64,000 nt of DNA from Candidatus Poribacteria bacterium (GCA_965208675.1 OZ242351.1:4192001-4256000), one strand, 5' to 3'. Positions 40,062-50,165 are shown, numbered from the stretch's first letter. The notes: generated from the sequence alone by a model not told the origin. Translations and numbers: made by a program.

Positions 40062-43000
40062 CTACGGGGTGATTGAATCGAGTCGAAGCATAATCCGCAT
40101 TGTTGCGCCCTTACCGATTCCCTCACTTAACGGGTAGATTTTCCCGCCGGAACCGACAACAAAGTTCGCGGTCGAATGAAGCCCTAGCCCGCTTCCTGAC
40201 GCCTTGGTCGTGTAACCCGCCGCAAAAATCGTTTTATATTTAGAATTTTCAATGCCGATGCCGTTATCAGTCACATCAATGCAGAGATGATTTTCCTTTA
40301 AGTAGGCGTTTACCACGATGCGCGGCGGCTGCCCGATGCCGTCGGAATTCGCGAGTTCATCAATAGCTTCAACAGAATTCTTGATTAGATTAACTATCAT
40401 TTGATGAAATTGGCTTTCTTGAATTCGAATTTCTTTAGGTGCTTTCTGGCAGTCTATATGGAGTTGAATCCCTCTTTTATCAATTGAGTCTTGTAGTAAC
40501 TTAACCCCATCATTGATAATTTTCTTTAGGTCAACGTCCTTGCGGACGGCGCTAGTGTCGCTAAACGATTTTTGTGTTCGCACAATATCGACAATGTGCG
40601 TTGCCCTGTTACTAACCCGCTCAACGGTATGTATCAGGTCTTGATTCTGTTTGGTGAAATCTTCAGCGAGCGCTAACACAAAGGGCAACACCTTCTGTCC
40701 TTGTGGATTATGTTTGATGTAATCAATCCAATCATCTTGATGCGTCCTAATAGCGTCTGCAAGGGCATTGAGACGGTGAATCAGCCGGTTGTCGGTTAAC
40801 CGATTGTTCAATGTACCAATGCCGGTCGCGACACTGTTGACGGCGTTACCGATATTGTGGAGAATAGTATCCACAATTTCCAGACGGCCTTGCGAAAAGG
40901 CTTGTGCCAACGCTTCCTCGGCGAAGATTTTATCCGACACATCTCGGAAAACGACCACGCCTCCTTTACGATCTCCGTTCCGATCACGCAAGGGTCTTCC
41001 GCTGACACTGATATAAAGACCGTCTGGCAACTTAGGGTTACGCACGAACATCTCAACACTGTCTGTCTCTTCGCCGCGTATGGCTTTAACCAGCGGAAGT
41101 TCATCAGGTGGAAACGGCGTCTCTCTGTCGGGAAAGAAGAGACCGTATTGGTCCGACCATTCATCGGGATCTGTGTTTGTTGCCCCTTGACCGACTATTC
41201 GTTCAGCGCTTGGGTTAAATATGGTGAAGTGACCATTTTCATCCGCTACGACGACACCATCGCTGATACTATCAAATATGGACTGCATGAGTTGGCTTTG
41301 GTGCTCAAGTTTGTCAATTGAGTCTTTGAGTTGCTGCTCTGTTTGCTTGATTGCCGTGATGTCGCGACCAACTGCAACCCCGCCTTCTATGGCGCCCGAC
41401 TCGTTGAGGAGTGGGCTAGCACTGATACTTACATAGAGGCCATCCGGCAACGTTGAGTTTTGCACTACCGTTTCAATGTTAGTTACCTTCTCACCCTGCA
41501 GCGCACGGACGAGCGGAAGTTGTTCGACAGGAAAAGGACTTTTGTTTTCGGGCTGGAACAGTCCGAAATTCTCCTGTGCTTGGCTCAGGTATGTTTGCTC
41601 CAAGTTGGGACCGACCGTTTGTTCCACCGCACTATTGTGCATTACGATTTTCCCTTCAGAATCGGCTACGATAATGCCATCACTGATGCTATTAAAGATG
41701 GTATTCAGCAAGCGGCTCTGACTTTGCAATTCCTCAACTGTTTTCGCCAATCGATTTTCTACCGATTTCAACTTGGTGACATCCCGCAACACAGTAACGC
41801 CTCCGTTCAGGACGCCATTTTCATCAAGCAGAGGGCGGCCGGTGACCCGAAAATGAACTCCTTCCGGCCGTTTCGAATTCCGCAAGAAAAGATCTACATC
41901 GTTTGTGTCTTTCCCTTGCATAGCTAGAACGAGGGGCAGTTCGTTTGATGGATACGGTGTCACTTTATCCGGATAGAATACGCCGTATACCTCGCTCCAT
42001 TGCTCGGGTGTTGCCCCAGTAGCGCCCATACCGGCGATTTGCTCTGCCTTAGGATTAACAAATAAAAATTTCCCCTTTTTGTCGGTTACAACGATGCCTT
42101 CGCTAAGGCTGTTGAACACGGTGTCCATGAGTTGCGCCTGCTGCTGATACTTCTGCATCATTTGTTCTAACTTAGTCATCGCCAATTTGTCCGCTGTAAT
42201 GTCACGAATGACTGCGATTGCGCCCGTTACTTCGCTGCTGTCATGACTGTGCAGCGTGTAAGCCTTGGCGCGGAGGTAGGTTTTGCCCTGCTTTTTGTCA
42301 TTCTGCAGAATGAACTCCATCTCCTCTGTTTCTTCGCCGTTGAGGGCTCTGACGAGAAGGTTTTCCTGAGTGGGAACTTGGGTCTCTTCGTCAATATGAA
42401 ACAACCCGTATTTTTCAGCCCACTCTTCGGGCGGTGCGTCCTCCACTTTCACGCCGCTCATTCGTTGCAAACTGGGATTGGCGAGCAATATTCTGGCAGA
42501 GGCATCCATCACCACTACACCATCGCTGATACTATCAAAGGCGATTTGCATAAGTCGAGTCTGCTGTTTGAGTTCGTGAATGGTAGATTCCAACCTGGCT
42601 TCAGTTGCCCTGAGTTGCGTTATATCATTGAAAACAACGACGCCGCCGCTTAAGTTTCCCCGTCCATCAAAAATGGGTCTGCCGGTGACGTTAAGAACAT
42701 AGGTCTTGTTTTCGCGCCGCACTTGCATCAAGGCGTTGTCTGTCGCCTCGCCGCGTAACGCGCGCACCAGCGGCAATTCATTCACGGTATACTTAGTTTT
42801 GCCGTCAAGATGGTACACATGATACATCTCTGACCATTCATTCAACTCTTCGAGCGCAGGAAAAGAACCAGTGACTTCCTCCGTCGGTGCATTATAGAGC
42901 AAGTTATTGCCGTCTAAATCCATTGCTATCACGCCGTCCGCTATTGTGCTAACGATGGTTACCATGATCTTGGTTTGATTTTCGAGTTTACTGATTGTTT

Positions 43001-43826
43001 CCCTCAGCTCGTTTTCGATGTTCTTGAGTTGTGTTACATCGTGCGTAACTACAACGCCTCCTTTCAATTCTCCGTTTTTGTCGTACAGGGGCCGCCCGCT
43101 GACATAGACACGAACCCCGTCCGGGCGCTTTTCATTCCGCACGTACATCTCAATATTATCAGTCTTCTCACCGCGAACGGCACGCACTAGCGGCAATTCC
43201 TCCTCCCTAAAGAGAGTTTCGCCATCAGCGTGGAAGAGACCGTAAGTTCCACTTCTCTCGGCAAAGGGAACACTTGGCATACCGGGGCCGTTCAATTCTT
43301 CAGCGGACGGATTAAACATGAAGTAATCTCCATTTACATTCGACGCGATCACTCCGTCGCTGATATTATCAAAAATTTCCTTCATGAATCCGACGCGTTC
43401 TTCCAGCCGCTCAATTGTCGATTCTAGCTCCGTTTCTTTCTCTGCTATTTGTTGAAGTTTCCGGTGACGGCGCAAGCTCTTTTCGATGCTCAATCGCAAC
43501 TGGTTTGTTTCATAGGGAGGGAAGACGCACTCAAACCGAATTGCGTCAGATAACTGCTCAATCAATTCTTCGGTTAATTTCCCAATCAGGCATACGACTG
43601 GAATATTTAACCGACTATTTATCTTCTTTATGAATTGAATGTCCGCTCCCTGTAGGTCCATACTGATTAGGGCTATGTCGGGCGAAATTTCTTCCACCTT
43701 TTCTACGGCTTGTGCATCGGACGCAACCGAGGCGCGTACCGTATATCCGGAAGCTTTGAGTCGTGCCGCTAAGTCTTCAGCAACGAGGGGGTTATTTTCA
43801 ACAATAAGGATTTTTGAGCTTGCCAT
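40062..43826 (-). CDS. Soluble histidine kinase: pseudo-receiver, 6 PAS, HisKA, HATPase
   Basis: REC with IVENN...ALISM (no phospho-Asp); six PAS repeats mostly ending GG(V/A)...(R/N/H)D(V/I)T; ILHNIGN; NLIKNSVEA, DNGIG, GSGLGL. Confidence 0.92.
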   Translation of the reverse strand: MASSKILIVENNPLVAEDLAARLKASGYTVRASVASDAQAVEKVEEISPDIALISMDLQGADIQFIKKINSRLNIPVVCLIGKLTEELIEQLSDAIRFECVFPPYETNQLRLSIEKSLRRHRKLQQIAEKETELESTIERLEERVGFMKEIFDNISDGVIASNVNGDYFMFNPSAEELNGPGMPSVPFAERSGTYGLFHADGETLFREEELPLVRAVRGEKTDNIEMYVRNEKRPDGVRVYVSGRPLYDKNGELKGGVVVTHDVTQLKNIENELRETISKLENQTKIMVTIVSTIADGVIAMDLDGNNLLYNAPTEEVTGSFPALEELNEWSEMYHVYHLDGKTKYTVNELPLVRALRGEATDNALMQVRRENKTYVLNVTGRPIFDGRGNLSGGVVVFNDITQLRATEARLESTIHELKQQTRLMQIAFDSISDGVVVMDASARILLANPSLQRMSGVKVEDAPPEEWAEKYGLFHIDEETQVPTQENLLVRALNGEETEEMEFILQNDKKQGKTYLRAKAYTLHSHDSSEVTGAIAVIRDITADKLAMTKLEQMMQKYQQQAQLMDTVFNSLSEGIVVTDKKGKFLFVNPKAEQIAGMGATGATPEQWSEVYGVFYPDKVTPYPSNELPLVLAMQGKDTNDVDLFLRNSKRPEGVHFRVTGRPLLDENGVLNGGVTVLRDVTKLKSVENRLAKTVEELQSQSRLLNTIFNSISDGIIVADSEGKIVMHNSAVEQTVGPNLEQTYLSQAQENFGLFQPENKSPFPVEQLPLVRALQGEKVTNIETVVQNSTLPDGLYVSISASPLLNESGAIEGGVAVGRDITAIKQTEQQLKDSIDKLEHQSQLMQSIFDSISDGVVVADENGHFTIFNPSAERIVGQGATNTDPDEWSDQYGLFFPDRETPFPPDELPLVKAIRGEETDSVEMFVRNPKLPDGLYISVSGRPLRDRNGDRKGGVVVFRDVSDKIFAEEALAQAFSQGRLEIVDTILHNIGNAVNSVATGIGTLNNRLTDNRLIHRLNALADAIRTHQDDWIDYIKHNPQGQKVLPFVLALAEDFTKQNQDLIHTVERVSNRATHIVDIVRTQKSFSDTSAVRKDVDLKKIINDGVKLLQDSIDKRGIQLHIDCQKAPKEIRIQESQFHQMIVNLIKNSVEAIDELANSDGIGQPPRIVVNAYLKENHLCIDVTDNGIGIENSKYKTIFAAGYTTKASGSGLGLHSTANFVVGSGGKIYPLSEGIGKGATMRIMLRLDSITP

Positions 43827-44037
43827 TTAATTCTCCTGTAACAGTTTAGTTAAAGAAATTGGTCTATCTAGCTGTGGGGCTGTCGAGTTTGGTCAATGAA
43901 GGCGGCGCAATGGCCGTGGTTTTGTGCTTCTATATCAATGTATAAATCAAGCCGCATAACCATTACCGCCCGGCTTGCGGATGAAAACGCAAATCTGTCC
44001 CCCCTAACATCTGCAGCCAAGTTCAATATCTAATACA

Positions 44038-44053
44038 CGCAATTTATATGCCA
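44038..44053 (-). promoter_or_regulatory. Sigma54 (-24/-12) promoter upstream of the kinase-kinase-EBP operon
   Basis: Minus strand TGGCATATAAATTGCG (GG-N10-GC, with TTGC), about 210 bp upstream of ATG 43826. Confidence 0.75.
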
Positions 44054-44294
44054 GTCTGAGCGGATTGGGCCTAATTTCATTCAACCAATGCTCAACGCGG
44101 AGTTAAGAAACCGTGAATCGGAGAGATTTCCGGATCGCATTGGCTATTAAGTCAGATGGATTGAGATAATCTACATTCGTGCTTACAAGAATATCTTTCA
44201 CACCAGTGAGCGAAAAGACGAATTCGGTGCTGCTGGAAGGTGTTAACACACTTGCTAGGCGCAACGATTGTCTTTACGAATGTCAGTCATCTGC

Positions 44295-46994
44295 TTATGA
44301 CTGCAAATTCGTTGGGCAATCCATCTGAACCGAATTGGGGCATAGCTCCATAATGGACATGTGTTTCTTGGCGGGATCAAACTGCTCTAAGCTTGTGAAA
44401 GTTGTCACGGCGTTCGGAAAAAGTCGCTCTGCCATTGCCCGAAGGAGACGAGCATTTATCCAATCTACAGCAGACCCCTCATACTTGGCTGGTCCCTTGA
44501 AACCGCTTCGATAAAGCGGACGTCCAGTTTTTCCGGACAGGCGTGGTGGAACATGGTGATAGTCCGAAATCTGTGTTACCAGCAGGTCGATAATCTCTAA
44601 TACGCCTTGTGGGTGGAGCAGTTTAAGCATCTGTAATCCACCTTCAATCGCGCGATTGGAAAGGTGTATCCATATATTATGGGGGTATTCCGCCAAAACT
44701 TCGTGCAGAACATTCCCTTGATCTGGAATTTCCGGTGTTTCAATGAAGCGCAGGTCGGCCAAAGATGGGATAGCAACGTAGCGCTCCTCTAACTTGAAAC
44801 CATTCCAGAGGTCCAACCAGAAATGATAGAATTGACGGCCGCCTTCCTCCGCACCGAGCATATTCAGAAAATCCGACTGATAGCGAGTCAGAAACTCCTT
44901 CACTTCCGTATCATGCGTTGAAAGTTGCTGGAGATCCGCTTCCAAACTATGTCGATTGAGATTATATTTTTCCGCTAATGACTTTAAAATTTCTGCCGGT
45001 AGATAGAGACGCGCCTCAATGAGGTAGCGATGTCCGTCTATCTGTGCTACTTTATCCGTCGGAACGTTATCCGTGACGTTTGTTGAGTGTATTCGCATAA
45101 TGCGGCCGGCGAAGGAACTCAGTGCATGCAAAGGAGCTTCAGCGTGTAAGGGCAGATACGTAAGCGGTATATCGTTTCGCGCCGTGCCTAATTCAGCCTG
45201 TGCTTCTGACAGCACGGATTCTGAAAAATCAGCCAGAACATACTGCATCCGATTCAATAGAGGTTCGATTCCTTGTGAACGCGCTAGCTCAACCAACATG
45301 TCAATAAAGATGCGGGCGCGTTCCACGCTGGCAATACCAATCTCGACGTAGACGTACTCATCTCCGGTATCGCCGATTGCTTGAATTTGATTCAAGAATT
45401 TCTCAACAGTGTAACGAGTCAATGCCTCATTCATATCCGGCGACCCGTGCACGGCATCTCGATAGTCCCGATTATGCGCTGTCATGAAGGGTGTTTTATG
45501 CTGCCAGAAAGCGTCATTGAATTTCCAGACAAGACTCTTGGTATAGGGAACATAATCGCCAATCACGACACCGTTGGCGCTCTCTGTCTCTCCGCGTGCT
45601 GCCCGTTCTAACATTCTTCGAATTGTCTTTGTTAATCTTTGTGTTGAAGGGTGTTGCCGCAGATCGACCGCCAGTTCCCAATCCTTTGAGACGGAGACCT
45701 CATCCGCCTCATCCTGCACAAAAGGGCGAAATGCAATGGGGGCTCGAAAATGGTGCTTATAAGTAATACGGTTCCAGTAAGATCTAAAACGGGCGGGCCG
45801 CCATTTGGGTGGCAATTCGCCTAACGAATATTTCAAGGCTTCCAACGCATTGCGAAATTCTTCGACGTAACCTGGATCTACGAGCCCGGGTTCGTGAACG
45901 ACTACAGCGCCCATCCCGTGCAAACGGGGAATGAGTTGTTTAATGTCTTCGTTAGCCCGATCCGCTGGCGCCAATTTCGCCGCCGTAAGTATCTTCTCAA
46001 TGTCGCGGGAAGCCTGAATTGGCATGAGATGAATCCCAGCAACATCGGGAAGTTGACAAATTTTCTTTATGAGTTCGACAGTCCAATTCGAACGGAATGT
46101 GCGGAAAGCTTCTTTGCCGGCGGCTTCCGCCTCCTTAAAATTTTCCAAGAGTGAGCGCGCTTCCGGATTGCGTTGGCTAATGCCGACAAGCAAGAACCAG
46201 AAGCGAAGCGCCTTTACCGAGGCGATTATTGGGAGGCCCACGACGATTGGAATCCGTTGCACTAAACCGCGTTCAAAAGCTAGGTGCCACCATTTTGAAA
46301 AAACGTCCCAGAGCAGGGGCGGCTGAGTCAGTATCGCTTCAGCGCCAGCGTCTAGTTTCTGCTGTAAGCGATTCACGCGCGCGGTCACGGATTTGCCCGC
46401 AAAAGGGTTTTCCACTGCCCAAATCGATAAATCGGACGGTAGTGTGCCGGCGCACCGCATTCGGTTGAGGAGAGAAAGTATCCTGAACGAGTTCATCGGT
46501 AGTAACCGAGACGCGCCGGGCACTCTTCGAATAGGGTGGCCGCCCGACACGACTAGAACGCCCTTTGCTCCGTTGTCGATAGCGCGGTTAACTCGATCTA
46601 TGACTATTTTACGCGTTCGGGCATTGGCAGCAATCGTGAAGATAGGTTCAGGCGTGTCTCCCAGAACTCCCAGATTATCCATTTTCCCAGTAAATCGGGG
46701 AAAATCCACGACGGTAACCGCGTCAACCCATCCCTTCCGCAATAGACGCTGGTATCGCTTGAACTGCTTTTGGAAGTGTGGGTCCTCGAATTCTTTTGGC
46801 GTTTGAAGTTCTACCGTAATTACGAACTGTCCTTCTTTGAAGCGGCGTGCTGCTGGAAGCGCCGTAACATCAAGCGCCTCTGTTATGCAATTTTCACCAT
46901 CGGCAGAGGGTGAATTCATGTCAGTTTGCACTGATTGTTCTTCCTTATAATCTAAATAATCTAGTGAACTTGGCGTCGCGCGCAATTCACTCAA
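44295..46994 (-). CDS. Fusion of a MetF/MTHFR-like TIM barrel and a class I SAM-dependent methyltransferase-like domain (alternative start ATG 46919)
   Basis: N-part: ITVELQTP, VDAVTVVD, ENPF, KLDAGAEAILTQP, PIVVG, VAGIHLMP. C-part: YVEIG, YVLADFS, HSTNVTDNVPTD, LHPQGVLEIIDL. Confidence 0.7.
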   Translation of the reverse strand: MSELRATPSSLDYLDYKEEQSVQTDMNSPSADGENCITEALDVTALPAARRFKEGQFVITVELQTPKEFEDPHFQKQFKRYQRLLRKGWVDAVTVVDFPRFTGKMDNLGVLGDTPEPIFTIAANARTRKIVIDRVNRAIDNGAKGVLVVSGGHPIRRVPGASRLLPMNSFRILSLLNRMRCAGTLPSDLSIWAVENPFAGKSVTARVNRLQQKLDAGAEAILTQPPLLWDVFSKWWHLAFERGLVQRIPIVVGLPIIASVKALRFWFLLVGISQRNPEARSLLENFKEAEAAGKEAFRTFRSNWTVELIKKICQLPDVAGIHLMPIQASRDIEKILTAAKLAPADRANEDIKQLIPRLHGMGAVVVHEPGLVDPGYVEEFRNALEALKYSLGELPPKWRPARFRSYWNRITYKHHFRAPIAFRPFVQDEADEVSVSKDWELAVDLRQHPSTQRLTKTIRRMLERAARGETESANGVVIGDYVPYTKSLVWKFNDAFWQHKTPFMTAHNRDYRDAVHGSPDMNEALTRYTVEKFLNQIQAIGDTGDEYVYVEIGIASVERARIFIDMLVELARSQGIEPLLNRMQYVLADFSESVLSEAQAELGTARNDIPLTYLPLHAEAPLHALSSFAGRIMRIHSTNVTDNVPTDKVAQIDGHRYLIEARLYLPAEILKSLAEKYNLNRHSLEADLQQLSTHDTEVKEFLTRYQSDFLNMLGAEEGGRQFYHFWLDLWNGFKLEERYVAIPSLADLRFIETPEIPDQGNVLHEVLAEYPHNIWIHLSNRAIEGGLQMLKLLHPQGVLEIIDLLVTQISDYHHVPPRLSGKTGRPLYRSGFKGPAKYEGSAVDWINARLLRAMAERLFPNAVTTFTSLEQFDPAKKHMSIMELCPNSVQMDCPTNLQS

Positions 46995-48585
46995 ATGTCC
47001 GGTAATTTAGAAATGTCTTCCCGTTTGCTTCGATTTTTATGTCTGAAAGGGTTTCTGTTCTCAGATGTATCCCGTCATCGTCTAGAAAGAAGAGTGATAC
47101 GTTATGTGTTCCCTCTGGAAGCGGCATTCGCACGAGAGATATCTGATTTGGAAGTGTTTCCCAGGAGCGGGTGTCTGCGCGCTCGGTGGCAACGTTGACC
47201 AAATTCACGAGGCGGCCAAGTATTTCACCTTTCTTTTCCGCGCGGCGAAAAGCCAGGTACTTCAAAATTGCGCGTACGACGGTTCGGATTAGAATTGTGT
47301 TCTGCTCGGAAGCGAACGTGGCGAGCGCCGCGCCTTCAACGTCTTCGACCAAGACACTATTCGCTTGGATGTTCAATTTCCCCGAATCGAAATTGATGAT
47401 TTCCGGAAGTTGGCTTTCGGCCTCAATCCTATCAAGGTTATCGCGATTAGAAATAGGCTCAACTTCTAAATTGACCTGCACCAACCGAGGGCGATTCGAT
47501 GTGTAGACCGGAATTGCTACTCGCAACAGATATTCGAGTTCTACCTCTTCATAACGGAGGTTGCGGCGCCGCGAGACGGTATCCGCGAATTCCCAGAGTT
47601 CGTCTTCGTTTTCTTCGCGCCTCTTTTTTCCGCTGGCGATTGGGTCGGTTTTCAAGATTGGGAAATAGAGGTTTTCCGTAGTTTTGTGCGGGACAAAGCC
47701 ACTTTCGTAGATGAAGATGAGTTCACCAAAATTGGGCGGAAACGGATCCGGTTCTCCATATAGTTCTGTGTAACGATTCAGATCTTCAACGAAGCCCAAA
47801 TGGCGTGCGAGCCGTACGAGTGCATGTCCGATGTCGTCTGGCGGTGAAACGCCAAGCTGCTCTGCATAACGCTGATACCCTGCCTCCGCCCATTGATACG
47901 CAATATATGCGTTGTTCCAGTCCTCGACCCATTCATAGAAGATTCCCGAGAGATAAGCGACGAATGCTGCACCGGCAAAATTGTAGGTTTCATCTTCATC
48001 GGAGTAGTATTGGAGAAGTTGACCTGCACGCCGACATTCGACCAAGGCGTCGTCCGGAAGATTCAGATAGGCGTAGTTAAGGGCGCGGTAGTAGTGAATA
48101 AGCATCCTTTCGTAACGTGTACCTGGATACGGACGAATAGTATCTGAGGTCAGAAGCGATGCAATCTCCCTGGAGATGCTTTTCGTGTAAAGATCCTCGG
48201 CGATAATCTCGGCGCGTCCAAATTCCTGATTGCTTTCCTCAAAGCGATTTGCATAGTGGGCAATGAGGCCTCGTTCGAAAAGGTAGGGGAGATTTCTTTT
48301 TTTCGAATCCTCTTTATCAAGATGTGTTAATGCGGTTTCAAATTCTCCTCGTTCAATTGCGAGGCGCACTTCGTGCATGCTGTAACCGCCGCAACCGATG
48401 AGGATTGGCAGAATAAGTGAACAGCCCACTCTCCATATGGCAAATTGTCTGCAAAAGTGTATTGTCAACAGACGAAAGAGAGAAGGACTATTTTGGCGGG
48501 GATTATCCGGCGAATGCGGCGATTGAGGCGAAACACGAGTTCGCCGGCGCGAAGGAACTGTGTGGGGAAAGAATGGCGTCGGCAT
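46987..48585 (-). CDS. COG3014-like TPR lipoprotein (start uncertain)
   Basis: Lipobox ILIGC; PYPGTRYE..LIHYY.ALNY....DDALVECRR; ESGFVP; ERADTRSWETLP. Confidence 0.8.
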   Translation of the reverse strand: MPTPFFPHTVPSRRRTRVSPQSPHSPDNPRQNSPSLFRLLTIHFCRQFAIWRVGCSLILPILIGCGGYSMHEVRLAIERGEFETALTHLDKEDSKKRNLPYLFERGLIAHYANRFEESNQEFGRAEIIAEDLYTKSISREIASLLTSDTIRPYPGTRYERMLIHYYRALNYAYLNLPDDALVECRRAGQLLQYYSDEDETYNFAGAAFVAYLSGIFYEWVEDWNNAYIAYQWAEAGYQRYAEQLGVSPPDDIGHALVRLARHLGFVEDLNRYTELYGEPDPFPPNFGELIFIYESGFVPHKTTENLYFPILKTDPIASGKKRREENEDELWEFADTVSRRRNLRYEEVELEYLLRVAIPVYTSNRPRLVQVNLEVEPISNRDNLDRIEAESQLPEIINFDSGKLNIQANSVLVEDVEGAALATFASEQNTILIRTVVRAILKYLAFRRAEKKGEILGRLVNLVNVATERADTRSWETLPNQISLVRMPLPEGTHNVSLFFLDDDGIHLRTETLSDIKIEANGKTFLNYRTFE

Positions 48586-48588
48586 GCA

Positions 48589-49209
48589 CTAGAAAACAGC
48601 CTTTTTACGTTCGATAAGTTTCTTAATTTTCTTTTGCCCCAACCAAACCTTCTCATTTGACTCAATGTTTGTGAGGATTAGATCCACTTGGTAATAGGTG
48701 ACTTGCGTTCCACCTTCGCGATCTTGAATGGTGTTGATTTCGCCGGTCATCATATAGTCTGCGCCGTGTTCGCGCCGCATTCTCTTGATAGTTTCGGCAC
48801 GTGCGAACTCACTCTGATCTTCTTTTTCTGCGCGAAGTTCCCCCCTTTCTTCCGCACTGGCGACGACGGTAACTCGGCCTGAATTGATGAAGGCACGTTC
48901 GATATCGTTCACAAATGTATTAATTGCGATGTGTTCCATGCTCATGTTACGAACCGCTCCAACAATGACGATGGGCTTCACGGCCTTGGATTGCGTCATG
49001 TGATTCGTAATCCACGGGTGATTTAGACAATCTAGAATCATCGCTTCGGATACCTGACGAGAGTCCGTGTCGTTCCACCGCCCGGAAAGATCAACGGTGG
49101 TGTCCGTCTCAATGCGTTCTACTGTTTTATGGGCGCTGCATCCAATAAACATAATTATTACAACAAAGAAATTAACCGTGTACAAATGATGTTTCGCTAT
49201 GTTTTTCAT
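48589..49209 (-). CDS. LpoB-like penicillin-binding protein activator lipoprotein
   Basis: Lipobox FIGC; DLSGRWNDTDS, V.N...EHI, GADYMMTG.I, YYQVDL.LTNIE..EKVW. Confidence 0.8.
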   Translation of the reverse strand: MKNIAKHHLYTVNFFVVIIMFIGCSAHKTVERIETDTTVDLSGRWNDTDSRQVSEAMILDCLNHPWITNHMTQSKAVKPIVIVGAVRNMSMEHIAINTFVNDIERAFINSGRVTVVASAEERGELRAEKEDQSEFARAETIKRMRREHGADYMMTGEINTIQDREGGTQVTYYQVDLILTNIESNEKVWLGQKKIKKLIERKKAVF

Positions 49210-49301
49210 GATGTCTTCCTAAATTTTTCAGGGGTTGATTCTAAATTTACGGATTAAAGAATGGCTTCAATCATTGAAAATACAATTTCATTCGCCTCTA
49301 A

Positions 49302-50165
49302 CTATTGGCGGATGAACTTCTGGAACCGTCCCTCTACCGCTACCTCGCCGACGTAAAGATCGCCATGGGAATCCATCCAGATGCCGTGCGGCGCGCCAAG
49401 GAATTCACCGGGCACCCGGCTTTTTCTCGCACCTCCCCAGTTAGTAATCTGTTTGCCGTCAAGTGTGTAGATACTAACTTGGCCTTCTGCTTCGGCAAGG
49501 TAAACGACATCGTCATTTGGGTCAAAATATACGGTGTCTGGGCGCCGCAAATCGGTCCACTCTGACAGGAAATGCCCCTCAGTATCGAAGATTTGAATTC
49601 GATTGTTCTCTCGGTCGCAAATCCAAACACGGTCATGCTTGTCTATCCGCACACAATGGGATAGTTGGAACTGCCCTGGTCCACTTCCTGATTCGCCCCA
49701 AGACATTAACAGGTCTCCGTCAGGCGAATACTTATGGACTCTTGAATTTCCGTACCCATCCGAAACGAACAGCTCGCCTGTTGAAGCAATTGCCAAGTCG
49801 GTCGGAAAGTTAAACGGGTCGCCGTCCCTTGGTGCGGGTTGACCCGGCACACCGAGCGTCATCAACAGTTCTCCGTTTGGATTCAGCTTACGTACGCAAT
49901 GCGTGTTACGCTCGGTACAGTAAACGTTGTCCTCGGCATCAATGTATATACCGTGTGCATCCTCCAAGATATCGTCGCCCCATGACGCCAGGAAGTTCCC
50001 TTCGCGGTCAAAGATTACTAACGGGTGTTCGCTGCGCGAGTAGACATAAACGCGATCCTGCGAATCACATGCGACCGCCGGAATCCAGCCCCATGTCCAA
50101 CCTTCGGGCAACGTCCCCCAACCCTCTGCAAGTTCATATGTATAATCGCCTGAACCGAATGCCAT
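49302..50165 (-). CDS. NHL-repeat protein (peptidyl-alpha-hydroxyglycine alpha-amidating lyase-like)
   Basis: AHGIYID, FNFPTDLA, SDGYGNSRVHKY, CDRENNRIQIFD, PHGIW.D. Confidence 0.9.
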   Translation of the reverse strand: MAFGSGDYTYELAEGWGTLPEGWTWGWIPAVACDSQDRVYVYSRSEHPLVIFDREGNFLASWGDDILEDAHGIYIDAEDNVYCTERNTHCVRKLNPNGELLMTLGVPGQPAPRDGDPFNFPTDLAIASTGELFVSDGYGNSRVHKYSPDGDLLMSWGESGSGPGQFQLSHCVRIDKHDRVWICDRENNRIQIFDTEGHFLSEWTDLRRPDTVYFDPNDDVVYLAEAEGQVSIYTLDGKQITNWGGARKSRVPGEFLGAPHGIWMDSHGDLYVGEVAVEGRFQKFIRQ

